DNA of 64,000 bases from an uncultured archaeon. Its GTDB lineage: Archaea > Asgardarchaeota > Thorarchaeia > Thorarchaeales > Thorarchaeaceae. The position numbers and the translations under genes are program-made. The first letter of the stretch is position 1. Each line of letters starts with the position of its first letter. The stretch covers positions 64,001 through 128,000 of the forward strand of contig CAZLEV010000005.1 of NCBI GenBank assembly GCA_964558645.1, given 5' to 3'. The notes under the pieces were generated by a model, which saw only the letters and a list, made by a program, of their open reading frames with translations, was not told the origin of the DNA and ran no database searches. Below are positions 46,447-56,651 of this stretch, piece by piece.

Positions 46447-48831
46447 TCAGCCACGACGCGAGCGAACCACAGGAATACCAAACACAATGATCACCACAAG
46501 GGAACCCAGAGTTACCAGTAGACTACCAACCGAGAGGAGGAAGCCAGGCGGGATCAGGCCGCCACTTCTCTCCCATACAGTCACAAGAACAGTATCGGAC
46601 ACCTCATGGCCGCCCACATCAGTGACGACAAGCGTGAAATTATAGATGCCGCGGGTGAGTCCATCGATACCTACTCGAATGATGCTCCCGTTCCATCTAC
46701 CAGAATCCAACTCTGTACCATTTCGAAGAATCCAGTAGCGCGCTGGATACTCGTCTGTGGCATTCCATCCAATCTCGACGCCTGTTTCATTCTCCCTGAC
46801 TGAAATATCAGGGTGATCAAGTATGGTGGGAGGAATCGTATCATTCACAACCCTGACTGTGGTCGTGCCTTCTGCAGCTAGGCCCCCGATGTCCTCCACA
46901 ACCAGACGGTATTCGTGAACACCCAAGCCCAACCCATCCACGCTGCATTCAATGGCGCCGCCGCCCCATGCTTCTCGCTCCATGACAAGCCCGTTACAGT
47001 AGACCGTGTAGCGAACTGGATGCTCATCGAATGCGGACCATGACAGACGGTGACCGGTCGTTCCAACCTGGTATATCAGATCTTCAGGAGATGAGAAAAT
47101 CTCCGGGTACGCACCATCGTAGTGATTCGCACCAAAGTAGCTGGGGTTGCGAGTCAGCTCTGTGAATTCACCTGCAATATAACGTGACACATTGAATGGA
47201 CCAGAGGTCACCATCGGCTCATCGGGAGGTTGAGGGTTCCATAGGTTCCATTGATCAGGGGGCATGTCCTCGAACACATGCATCGGAATCACAGGTTTGT
47301 ATCCCACAACGTGTAGATGCCAGAAAGACTCAGTGTTGAACTCGATAACAAACCTGTACGTTGACAGGGTATACACCGCCGCCATCTCTTGCAGGTCAGT
47401 CCCGTACGGGTTTCCATACCCCTCACGGTAGAAATTGAGCGAAAATACCACATCAGATGCCGTGAGAGGCACTCCATCTGTCCAGGTGGCGTTCTGGACC
47501 ATGTTGAATGTGAACCGTGTATGACCAACAGGAACCGCCGGATTGTCCTCATTGGTCTGAGCAGTATAGCTCTCTACAAGCCAGAGAACGTCTCGCCCGA
47601 CCGGCCCTCTTCTTATCAGGCTGTCATATAACTCGTTGAGCATGCCCATGGTGTATGACCAGCTTGCCACCATGAAGTTGAAGGTCTCAACATCGAGTGG
47701 ATTGCTCAGGCGGAAGGTGCCGCCAAAGGGGCCACCCTCAGCCTCTCTGAGATGAACCCTGTAGTTGGTCCACCACCCGTGCACGCCCTCACTCACATCA
47801 TTGACATGGCCCTCGAATCGGTCGGTTCGGTAGGCAGAGAACACGACACTCTCATAGCAGACAATCACGGGACTCGAATGGACCCATATCTCCTGCATGG
47901 CGAACGCTGCATCATAGACCTCCTCGTAAGAGGTTGAGTGAAGCAGCTGGTCCCTCCAGCCATCATAGGTCGCATTCTGCCAGCAGGGGAAGTTATAGTA
48001 ATCCTCATCAGCGTTCTCAGACCAGTAGTCGTAGGCCAGCCAGTCAACGTCGAAATCTGTGAAACTGGCACCAAGAAAGACCATGTCGTAGTCTCCGTGA
48101 TAATGGAGTCGCTGGAGGATGTCGTAGAAGTCTGTTGGTACACAGGTCGCATCGATATGTAAGTCCTGAAGGGCCTCCGCTACGATATTCCCTACACCGA
48201 TTCCAGTACTCGAAGTCTGGGCCACTTCGATGATAACGTCAAACGCGTCACCATTTGGTGCGTCCCGAAAACCATCATTGTCCCAGTCGTGGAACCCAGC
48301 CCGATCGAGTAGTTGATTGCCAAGTTCGATGTTTCCGTCATAGTAGGTATAGGGCAGGTGACCCTCGACACTAAAGGGGTTGATCTTCGGAACGCACGAG
48401 TCCAGTGGGTCAGCCATTCCTAACCATATCTCTTCGCAGATTCTGTGCTTGTCAGTGGCAAAAGAGACAGCCCTTCGGAAGGCAGTGATATTGAAAGGAT
48501 ACTTGTCGCATTTGATGGTGATGTAACCATATCCGTTCCGAGGCGTGCGTGCAACTCGAATATTCTCGGCAGCCTCCAGAGTGGGCAGGAAGAATGGGTC
48601 AACCATGTCCCCAACGATGTCTATCTCATCATCTTGGAGTGCGAGCACCTGCTGTTCACCACCCTCAATCACTTTGTAAAGAAGCTTGTCGACATAGGGA
48701 CCGGAAGAGGCTGGGGTCTGAGCCGCCGTCGAGGGTGCAAGTATGAATCCAGTTGCGAGTATTCCAATAACCGCAACAAAGGCGAGATGAGTCGCGTGCC
48801 GCATTGCTTTCACGATTGCCTGACCTTTCAT
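46447..48831 (-). CDS. Family 5 (peptide/nickel) ABC substrate-binding protein with two Ig-like repeats and a C-terminal TM anchor
   Basis: Signal peptide, FRRAVS, WTDGVPLTASDVVFS and SGPF; two repeats of W.A.DE.P..Y...NG....W.G..I...DGL..G.Y...LVV.D.GG; terminal TM plus RSRR. Confidence 0.88.
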   Translation of the reverse strand: MKGQAIVKAMRHATHLAFVAVIGILATGFILAPSTAAQTPASSGPYVDKLLYKVIEGGEQQVLALQDDEIDIVGDMVDPFFLPTLEAAENIRVARTPRNGYGYITIKCDKYPFNITAFRRAVSFATDKHRICEEIWLGMADPLDSCVPKINPFSVEGHLPYTYYDGNIELGNQLLDRAGFHDWDNDGFRDAPNGDAFDVIIEVAQTSSTGIGVGNIVAEALQDLHIDATCVPTDFYDILQRLHYHGDYDMVFLGASFTDFDVDWLAYDYWSENADEDYYNFPCWQNATYDGWRDQLLHSTSYEEVYDAAFAMQEIWVHSSPVIVCYESVVFSAYRTDRFEGHVNDVSEGVHGWWTNYRVHLREAEGGPFGGTFRLSNPLDVETFNFMVASWSYTMGMLNELYDSLIRRGPVGRDVLWLVESYTAQTNEDNPAVPVGHTRFTFNMVQNATWTDGVPLTASDVVFSLNFYREGYGNPYGTDLQEMAAVYTLSTYRFVIEFNTESFWHLHVVGYKPVIPMHVFEDMPPDQWNLWNPQPPDEPMVTSGPFNVSRYIAGEFTELTRNPSYFGANHYDGAYPEIFSSPEDLIYQVGTTGHRLSWSAFDEHPVRYTVYCNGLVMEREAWGGGAIECSVDGLGLGVHEYRLVVEDIGGLAAEGTTTVRVVNDTIPPTILDHPDISVRENETGVEIGWNATDEYPARYWILRNGTELDSGRWNGSIIRVGIDGLTRGIYNFTLVVTDVGGHEVSDTVLVTVWERSGGLIPPGFLLSVGSLLVTLGSLVVIIVFGIPVVRSRRG

Positions 48832-49031
48832 ATATTTGCCAACATTCTAGAAAAAGCCTTCCGTACTGAGGATTGCATCTCGATGGAGAAAGCTTGTGGA
48901 GATACTGGTCTGTCTTCTCTGTCCTGACTCGCGGACAACTACTAATGTCAGCACGGCAGCAGATGCCGACAGAAACCATAAGTGTGTGAAAGACCATTAG
49001 AAAGATTAGAGAAGTAGGTTGGTTAGTCCAA

Positions 49032-51878
49032 GTGAGATACCGCGTCCACGTCCTGATTATCGTCTGTATGCTCGCCAGTGTGATGTTTATCGCAACTGAC
49101 GTGCAGCGGACATCTGAGAAGAGAGTCCTTGAGGAAGAGAACGAGACAGCCCTCGATGCTGAGTCTACAGTATCGATCCGCTTTCGGAAGGAGCTATCCC
49201 AGCAGGAGATGCTGTCCTTTGAGAGGATGGGAATCCGATTTGGACCCGAGCCCAAGCATATCGGAGGGGTGTATGTGGTAGAGGCATCCCAACGCGCCAT
49301 AGAGCTGGCTCGGAGTCATGCACTCTTCGAGAACGCAGAACCTCTGACACGGCAAAAGCTGGTCCTTCCCAGAGATGTGTCAGCCCAGCAGACCTATGCA
49401 GACTTGGCATGGAACCTTCAGGACCACTATGGCGTGAACACGACTGGAGAGGGAATCCTCATCGCAGACCTCGACACCGGTATCCAGTGGACCCATCCTG
49501 ACTTCTATTTTGCTGATGGCACGCCAGTCTCCTGGACAGATGTCAACACGAACGGCGTCTTCACGCCAGCAGTTGACGGTGTTGAATACAATGGCGTCGG
49601 CGGTATTCAGTCGGACGAGCTACTTCGGATGATTGACGTGAACAATGACGGCTCCTTCCAGACAGACATCGACTGGCTCTGGATAGACAACGGTACAGTC
49701 CCTGGAGTGCTGGATAAGAGTGACACCAAGTTCGTTGCTGAGGATACAGATGGGGACACCGTACTCGATCTCACCGAGCAATTGGTACCGATGTTGACCC
49801 CGAAGACGAAGTATCTCGTTCACAAGCCCTCCGCTATTCAGTGCTGGGAGCGAGGCGTGAACCTCACATCAACCACCTTCAAGGACACAGATGGCCACGG
49901 TACCAGCGTAGCGGGGATTCTGAACGGTGGACAGCTTGGCTATCACAAGTACTTGGGTCTCGCACCAATGGCAGAACTCATGGCCATCAACATCTTCGGA
50001 TCAGACGGACTAACGGTGGAAGAAGGGCTGATCTGGGCCAAGGACCACGGGGCCGATGTCATTCTCATCGAGATCGGAGCCTGGAGCTACGAGTACCTCG
50101 ATGGGACGAGCAATGTAGAGGTCATGATTGACCAGCTGGTTGCTGACGGCATCCCGGTCATCGTGCCTGCCGGAAACCTGTACGGGCAGAAACGACACGC
50201 AGAGCTGCATGTTCAGCAGAACACCAACGCGATTGCGCATTTCGTCGCTCCAAGCTCGGCAGGGACTATCACGAAGCTGTACATCACAGTACTCGCAAAC
50301 GTCTCCCTGAGCAATGCAATTGTGGATCTCTTTGAACCGACGGCGACTGGCAGCAACCACATACCCCTGACAACCATCGGAAGTGGATACAAGAACTGGG
50401 CCACATTGGTGACAGCCAATTTCACTCTAGACTCCTTCAGGTCGGCCTCTGCACGGGGTACGCACATGTTGGCGTTCCACCTCTCCGGCACCATCATGCA
50501 TGACAAGGCGTGGCTCCTCAACATCAATAATAATCTCGCAACCAACTATCAGTTCTATATAGCCGACGACCAGACAGGATGGGGAGGGGGAGCCGAATGG
50601 CAGAATGGCTTGTCTGATGCTCACACCATCTCATGGCCATCTACGGCGGACTCTGCCATCAGTGTCGGGGCTTATAGCTCACGGGGATTCTCTGGAACCA
50701 GCCTAGGAGATATTGCGCCCTATTCATCCGAGGGGCCTCGGGTGGACGGATCGGTGAAGATGTCCGTTGCTGCCCCGGGAAACTGGGATGTCGTTTCGTC
50801 ATACTCGAATGACTCGACCTGGCCCAGCTGGGTGACACAGGGCTACAACGGTCTACCCGTATACTCGGTACATGGAGGAAACCTACTGTTCTCAGGCACT
50901 TCCGCCGCAGGGCCCCATGTGGCAGCGGCCGCGGCACTCATGCTTCAGGTGAACGGCAGATGCGGGAGTCTGGTCAAGCAGATAGTCGAGGCAACAGCAT
51001 ATAACGACACAAACGTGGGCTCCGTACCCAACTCGAGGTGGGGTTATGGTAAGCTCAACGTCTGCGCTGCGGTCGAGGAGGCGCAAAACCTCCCGGTCAT
51101 CAAGAGCGTGAGTATGCTCCCAGAAGGTCCGATGTATTATGAGACTGCGAATGTCTCTGCTAGGGTGGTCTACGCTGACTCTGTAGACATCGTGTATTCA
51201 AACGACTCTTGGTCCAGCAACGCCACCGTGACGACCACACATGCTGGAGAGTGGTATAATGGGAGTATCTCGATGCATCCCTACCTTACACAGGTGGACT
51301 GGAAGATTATCGCGACGAACTCCTCGGGCATCGCACCCCTGATCGTGTCAGGACAGTACATGGTGGGGGACAACCTGCCACCAGTGGTCCACAGCATACA
51401 GAGGAACGCAACGACTGTCTATAGTGGAGATGTGGTCGAGGTGACAGTCAATATCACGGAACCCGGGTCTGCAAGCGGCATCGCGTCGGTGCTTCTGGAG
51501 TACTCAACCAACAACTGGACCACCTACACGCAGCTTACTATGAGTCTGGACTCAGGATTCTACGTCGTCATTCTGCCGTCGTTTGCGGCCGGTAGCAATG
51601 TCAGTTATCGTGTCTGGTCAATGGACTCAGCAGGTAACAGCATGTACTCATCGTCCGACTGGTATGTGGTGCAGTCCTCAACAACAACCACAACAACAAC
51701 CACGACGACCACTACCACAACAACCACAACAACTGCCACCACGAGTACGACTACAACAACCACAAGCACCACAACGCCACCAGCCACGCTTCCAGACAGT
51801 TCGTTGTATCTCGCCGTTGGCTTTGCCGTTGCCATGGTGATTGCAGTCATCCTTGCAGTGAGGAAACGCCGGCGATGA
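49032..51878 (+). CDS. Membrane-anchored S8 subtilisin-like serine protease
   Basis: Catalytic triad DLDTG / DGHGTSVAG / FSGTSAAGPHVA, AGN oxyanion motif, Thr linker, TM and RKRRR. Confidence 0.92.
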   Translation: MRYRVHVLIIVCMLASVMFIATDVQRTSEKRVLEEENETALDAESTVSIRFRKELSQQEMLSFERMGIRFGPEPKHIGGVYVVEASQRAIELARSHALFENAEPLTRQKLVLPRDVSAQQTYADLAWNLQDHYGVNTTGEGILIADLDTGIQWTHPDFYFADGTPVSWTDVNTNGVFTPAVDGVEYNGVGGIQSDELLRMIDVNNDGSFQTDIDWLWIDNGTVPGVLDKSDTKFVAEDTDGDTVLDLTEQLVPMLTPKTKYLVHKPSAIQCWERGVNLTSTTFKDTDGHGTSVAGILNGGQLGYHKYLGLAPMAELMAINIFGSDGLTVEEGLIWAKDHGADVILIEIGAWSYEYLDGTSNVEVMIDQLVADGIPVIVPAGNLYGQKRHAELHVQQNTNAIAHFVAPSSAGTITKLYITVLANVSLSNAIVDLFEPTATGSNHIPLTTIGSGYKNWATLVTANFTLDSFRSASARGTHMLAFHLSGTIMHDKAWLLNINNNLATNYQFYIADDQTGWGGGAEWQNGLSDAHTISWPSTADSAISVGAYSSRGFSGTSLGDIAPYSSEGPRVDGSVKMSVAAPGNWDVVSSYSNDSTWPSWVTQGYNGLPVYSVHGGNLLFSGTSAAGPHVAAAAALMLQVNGRCGSLVKQIVEATAYNDTNVGSVPNSRWGYGKLNVCAAVEEAQNLPVIKSVSMLPEGPMYYETANVSARVVYADSVDIVYSNDSWSSNATVTTTHAGEWYNGSISMHPYLTQVDWKIIATNSSGIAPLIVSGQYMVGDNLPPVVHSIQRNATTVYSGDVVEVTVNITEPGSASGIASVLLEYSTNNWTTYTQLTMSLDSGFYVVILPSFAAGSNVSYRVWSMDSAGNSMYSSSDWYVVQSSTTTTTTTTTTTTTTTTTTATTSTTTTTTSTTTPPATLPDSSLYLAVGFAVAMVIAVILAVRKRRR
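51681..51776 (+). repeat. ACN-codon low-complexity tract (poly-Thr linker)
   Basis: acaacaaccacaacaacaacc... encodes about 30 Thr. Confidence 0.9.
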
Positions 51879-52005
51879 CCATCTGACAGGAACAGGGGCA
51901 TACCAAGGAGAATCTGCAAGAGGCTAGCGACGCATATGACCGGGCCCGTGACCTGTGTGTCAGCCTGTGATTAGTCACTGTACAATACTGCCTGCGTCAG
52001 ATGGC

Positions 52006-52878
52006 TCAAGAGTCGGCGGATGAAGTGTCCAGTTCCTGAAACCTGCTCAAGAAGACGACACCAAACATGCCGCAGATGAGGCCTAGAGCATAGAACGGCA
52101 CACTGGTCATGGTCTGCCCGAATATGTAGAGTCCGCCAAAGATCACAGCGAACATACTGATTGTGCCGGTGATAGCGTTGAATCGGGCGGCTGGGTTGCG
52201 CTGGAGACCTATCGAGACCGTGTAGACCCCTGCAGAAAAGGTGAAGACGCCCAATAGGACGAGGGGAATGAGTCCGTTGATGAAGCCTTCAATGATGTCC
52301 GAGCCTGTGAACAATGCCAGCGTGAACCACTGAGTGTACTGTGAGGCCAGGGCCTGCAAGACAGACGTGATAGGAGCCCAGAGCATTGCTGCCCTGCGGG
52401 TGGCGGGCACCATCACTCCCACGGCAATCAGCATGACAACAGAGTAGAGGAGAATGCTGTCGTACGAAGTGAACATGGTTGGTTCCGTGACCCCTCCGAG
52501 GGCGATGAATACGGGAGTGAGGATGAGCATGAAGACACCGATGATCGTCCGAGAGTCTATCTCTTCACCCAGTCTGCGGTTTGATAAGACTACGAGCGCG
52601 ATGAGGCCCACATTCATCAAGGGCTGGACCACAACGATTCCCGCCATCTGGGTTGCAAGAAGATAGGCGAGTCCTCCAGCCAGTGACATCAGGAACCCGA
52701 GAAGCCATCTCCTGTTTCTGAAGAGAGCTCCCGTCTGGCCTATGGCGCCAGATATCTCGATGTCCTCCATGGTACCGAGGGCCTCTTTCTGGATGATAGG
52801 GGCAATATTCCACATCAGGGATGTGATGATAGCGAGGAGGATTCCAAGGAACACACCGGTCACAATGAACTGCAACAT
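52006..52878 (-). CDS. DMT/EamA-superfamily membrane transporter
   Basis: About 9 TM; IVVVQPL and LGEEI. Confidence 0.75.
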   Translation of the reverse strand: MLQFIVTGVFLGILLAIITSLMWNIAPIIQKEALGTMEDIEISGAIGQTGALFRNRRWLLGFLMSLAGGLAYLLATQMAGIVVVQPLMNVGLIALVVLSNRRLGEEIDSRTIIGVFMLILTPVFIALGGVTEPTMFTSYDSILLYSVVMLIAVGVMVPATRRAAMLWAPITSVLQALASQYTQWFTLALFTGSDIIEGFINGLIPLVLLGVFTFSAGVYTVSIGLQRNPAARFNAITGTISMFAVIFGGLYIFGQTMTSVPFYALGLICGMFGVVFLSRFQELDTSSADS

Positions 52879-53185
52879 CAGGCATCATGGGCACGGCGTC
52901 GCTGGATTCCTAAAAAGATATGGCATCGACTGGAGATGGGTCCGAGTCAGAAAAGCAACAGAGGAAGGAACGCATAAGACGAGGCAAAGTGGAACCTGTC
53001 CCCACCACATTCCGTGCCACTGCTTCTCATTAAAACCAGCTCCTAGCACTCTACTACCGGGGTACTATTGTGCAACTCCCCGCACAAGGTTTGCGAACCA
53101 TGTACAGCATTGCTCATAACACTCATATGGCTGCTCATGCCATATCTATTGAGGAAGCGTTCCAACTATGGGAGATGGGTAACGA

Positions 53186-53599
53186 ATGCGCTTCGAAGGC
53201 AGTGAAACGATCGAACTACCAGAGTCCACCGAGTGGCAGACGGTCCGCGACAGGATTGCCACGTGGCGGAACACGCGGGCGGGTCACGAGTATCGCATCG
53301 TTGAGAGCGCTCCAGGAAGGGTGGTCTTGGAGAGGACATGGACATCAACGACGAGCGTAGTGTGCATCGTCCTCACGGTGGTGTTCATGCTGTCCACCCA
53401 TTTCTTCACCCTCCTGACCATCGGGCTACCCCTGGTCATCGCGATGGTATACCTCATGCAGGACAAGATCCGAATCGAGGTGCTCTTTGCGGACTCAAGG
53501 GTAGATCTGCACCTAGGGGCCACACAGCGAGCGGAAGCAGAGTGGGACCTTGACTCATTGGTGAATGCACTCGAGGACCTGAAGACGTGCAGTAGATGA
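53186..53599 (+). CDS. Hypothetical membrane protein (2 TM)
   Basis: Central hydrophobic hairpin. Confidence 0.6.
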   Translation: MRFEGSETIELPESTEWQTVRDRIATWRNTRAGHEYRIVESAPGRVVLERTWTSTTSVVCIVLTVVFMLSTHFFTLLTIGLPLVIAMVYLMQDKIRIEVLFADSRVDLHLGATQRAEAEWDLDSLVNALEDLKTCSR

Positions 53600-53612
53600 C
53601 CTGACAGTAGAG

Positions 53613-54398
53613 TCAAATAAGGAAGAGCCGCAGAAGTGTCACAAGGCCAAGTAAGACTGAACATGTCCCAACCACTCTTCGCGCCCTTCTGTCATCAAGC
53701 TTACGCACAAACAGTGCTCCCACAGGGGCTGCCAGTGCGCCAGTCACCACCATGATGAGGGCCGCCTGCATGACAAGCGTCACCTGATAGATGTCAGAGA
53801 GTACAACGTACATGAGGAACGCGATGGAGGAGATGGTTGCCTCTGAGAATTGAGTGATGCCCACCGAACTCTTGACCTCGCTGCCAGTCATGATCTGCAC
53901 ACTGGTCACAATGGGACCGTAGCCGCCGCCAGAGATGGCCTTGTTGAAACCGCCAAGGCCGCTGGCCAGATAGAGTTTCCACCACCCGCCGCTGAAGCTG
54001 ACTTTGAAGCGGACAACGATGCCGACAATGAGCATCATCAGCCCGATGTACGTGAGCATGAACCAATCTGGAAGGGTCACAGCCAGGGTCGCTGAGATGA
54101 CTGCGCCAATGACACCGATGGTCGTGAAGAGGAGGTAGATTCGGGCCTCTCGCTGGTCAGGCGACGTGAATTCGATGTTTCTGAACAGGCGATGAAAGAT
54201 GGAACCGCTGAGTCCTGCCACTGTCTGAGAGAGAAGCAGCAAGGGCACAACTATGAGGGGGTCGAACCCGATGAGGATGAAGATGGGGGTGAGAAGGCTG
54301 TAGCCCATGCCGAAGGCGTTGTCCACGAAACTTCCAATGAAGCCGAGGATGATTATGGCAAGCAGAAGGGGTGTGCCCGGGTCGGTCAGGACCTGCAT
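53613..54398 (-). CDS. TSUP/TauE-SafE sulfite exporter family permease
   Basis: VDNAFGMGY..LTP and GFNKAISGGGYGP. Confidence 0.88.
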   Translation of the reverse strand: MQVLTDPGTPLLLAIIILGFIGSFVDNAFGMGYSLLTPIFILIGFDPLIVVPLLLLSQTVAGLSGSIFHRLFRNIEFTSPDQREARIYLLFTTIGVIGAVISATLAVTLPDWFMLTYIGLMMLIVGIVVRFKVSFSGGWWKLYLASGLGGFNKAISGGGYGPIVTSVQIMTGSEVKSSVGITQFSEATISSIAFLMYVVLSDIYQVTLVMQAALIMVVTGALAAPVGALFVRKLDDRRARRVVGTCSVLLGLVTLLRLFLI

Positions 54399-54726
54399 GG
54401 CTATCACAGTCCGACTCGGCTTCTTGAAGCTTCTTCTTTTTGGTTTTACGTTTCCCCTCGTACTCCCCCCGAAACGGACAGGCATCAATGCATATGCTGG
54501 TCCTGAGCCATGGACTCGGCTTTCTCGTCAGAGCAGTCGGCTGCTTGAAGCACGAGAGAGAGGGCAAGAAGAGCGTTCAGTGATACTCTAAGAGGAACCG
54601 TGAGTGAGTCGCTCGCGGAGTATCATACATCCAGGGATTCCTGGCCTTGCATCAAGGCAACCTCCAAGGGATTTAGCATCTACGCTGTTTGATCAGGTAT
54701 CTTCCTCGTGATTTGAGTATGCACTG

Positions 54727-55773
54727 TCATATCCAGCCAAAGAGAGCCACATAGGCCACTCCCGCTATGAGAGAAAACAGGAAGAAGATAACCGTATAGA
54801 TGAGAACGCCTCTCCATTTGAAGAACCGACTGTTCGGGGCCATTGATACAAAGTCATAAGGCTGTCCCATCATGAAGGCCAATGCAGTTGACCGCGACAT
54901 TCCCTTTGCAAGAAGCGTACTTGTTAGTACAATCTCAACAAGCGTGGGTGTGTAAAGGGGACCACCAAGAAGCGATCCGAAAAATATACCCAACCACCCA
55001 GTGAAGTACGAAACAATCCATTCGCTAGGAAGAAAAGCAGCAATGTAGCTGACGATAATCAGCCCGATGAGTAGATAAGCAAGAATCGATTTCATCAAGA
55101 ACCATATATTGTTGTATACATTTCGAACTCGATCATTAATTGTCTTTGTCAGTAGTAGCTTCTTGGCTTTTCCTACTCGTACATCATCATACTGCTTCTG
55201 AAGATCTCTTGCGAGCTTCGTTCGATCAAATACAAATCCACACAAAACAGCAGCGATCATGGAAAAGAACAGTCTGAACAAGCCAAGATCCCAACCCAGA
55301 TAATCGCCTGTCAAAAGAATGGTGATCAAATTGGCAGCTGGAGCCATCAGAAAGAAGGTCATCGCAACGCCAACAGTTGCGCCACTCATTAGAATTGAAA
55401 CATAGATGGGTATTACCGAGCAACTACATGTTATGAACAGGGGGGATAGGAGTGCAGCAAGCAAGTAGTTCCTTAGACCGTGAGACCCAAGATACTTGAC
55501 AATCATATCCTCTTTTACATACTCCTGGATAGCCCCCCCAATGAAGAAGGCCAACAATAATGAAGACCATGCATTCCTTCCGTAATCAATTATGTACCTT
55601 ATCGGAATCTCGTACAATGGAAATTGACTGTAATCAATGGTCTGAGAAGGTGGTGGTGTAGATAAGAGCTCTATCTTATTGATGACGAACGCACACACGA
55701 CCGCACCAAACACAATGATTAGCAGAATAGTAGTGAGATGAATTCCATCAGTACTCTCTGACTGCTCTTCCGT
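54727..55773 (-). CDS. ArsP/DUF318-family permease; probable ACG start (track start 55713)
   Basis: TCSCSVIP, AMTFFLMAP and GMS...ALAF. The in-frame N-terminal TM extends upstream of GTG 55713. Confidence 0.82.
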   Translation of the reverse strand, partial: TEEQSESTDGIHLTTILLIIVFGAVVCAFVINKIELLSTPPPSQTIDYSQFPLYEIPIRYIIDYGRNAWSSLLLAFFIGGAIQEYVKEDMIVKYLGSHGLRNYLLAALLSPLFITCSCSVIPIYVSILMSGATVGVAMTFFLMAPAANLITILLTGDYLGWDLGLFRLFFSMIAAVLCGFVFDRTKLARDLQKQYDDVRVGKAKKLLLTKTINDRVRNVYNNIWFLMKSILAYLLIGLIIVSYIAAFLPSEWIVSYFTGWLGIFFGSLLGGPLYTPTLVEIVLTSTLLAKGMSRSTALAFMMGQPYDFVSMAPNSRFFKWRGVLIYTVIFFLFSLIAGVAYVALFGWI

Positions 55774-55815
55774 ACTGGTTCTCTCCTGTCAATTCAGACT
55801 TAGGCACAAAAATGC

Positions 55816-56112
55816 TTATCCTGACAAGATTTGCTTAATCGCTCGATTTATTTGTTTCTGGGTCGGAACATCGCCTTCTGACACAACATACTCATTGATG
55901 ATGACAGCAGGTCCCTTCAAAGATCCGTACGTCTCCAGTGTTGTCTTATCTGTTAAGGAAATATGTTCAATCGAACTGTCATAGTCACCAAGTGCTGCTA
56001 ATGCCTCCTCGATGTTCTTCTTGGTCTTTCTGCATCGGTCACAAGGAGTCTCTGGGCCAGCAATCTTAACGATGATCTTTTGCATGTTGGTTCTGTGACT
56101 GGAGTCGTTCAT
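55816..56112 (-). CDS. Small thioredoxin-like protein (MTH895/thioredoxin_3 family)
   Basis: PCDRC (CxxC), YG...PAVIIN and GDVP; classic partner of ArsP permeases. ATG at 56085 is an alternative start. Confidence 0.85.
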   Translation of the reverse strand: MNDSSHRTNMQKIIVKIAGPETPCDRCRKTKKNIEEALAALGDYDSSIEHISLTDKTTLETYGSLKGPAVIINEYVVSEGDVPTQKQINRAIKQILSG

Positions 56113-56651
56113 TGTGACTAGTCTACGGAGATAGAACCTATTTGAGCTTTCTTACACTTCAAGACGTTGCCGCCCATCTTTGTGATGAGAGGAGTGGGGG
56201 ATGTACTGGTATCGATGAAGGAGTGACCGAGTATGCTGGAGACATGGAAGGATATAGCCAGAGCCGGGTCTGCACTGCTCTCTGTGATTCTCGTGCTTCA
56301 GGCTCCGATGGTATGGGTGTATCTGGAAACGCCAACCTCGTACTAATGGTGCGTCTAAAGGTTGTTTCCAACAAGAGAATCTGGGAACCGGTGTGCTCAT
56401 ATGCTTGAAGGATGGCTTGGTCAGTGTGATTTGCCGCAGATATCGTGGATTGAGCAAGAAGGATCCTTTCTGTAGTTCAATATGGCAAAAGATGACAAGG
56501 GATCACATCTGGGTAACAGGAGGGATTGTGTAACTACATCTTTCTGTCATTCGACTACTGCCCACGTGGTCGTGTTTAGGCCGTGCGCGGACGATGCTCA
56601 CCGATAGACTAAATATAGACTATCTCTCGATTAGGCATAGGGTGTTGAGAT

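Noticed and set aside
51605-51919. Poly-Val minus-strand ORF and apparent tandem repeat or CRISPR-like tract
   Set aside because: Antisense of the poly-Thr linker; there is no repeat-spacer structure.
53058-53145. Short inverted repeats (TTGTGC/GCACAA, ATATGGC/GCCATAT) in a divergent intergenic region
   Set aside because: Short stems with no coherent overall fold; at most operator sites, which I cannot support further.
56142-56457. Three overlapping track ORFs (88, 101 and 71 aa)
   Set aside because: No motifs, atypical composition and mutually overlapping.
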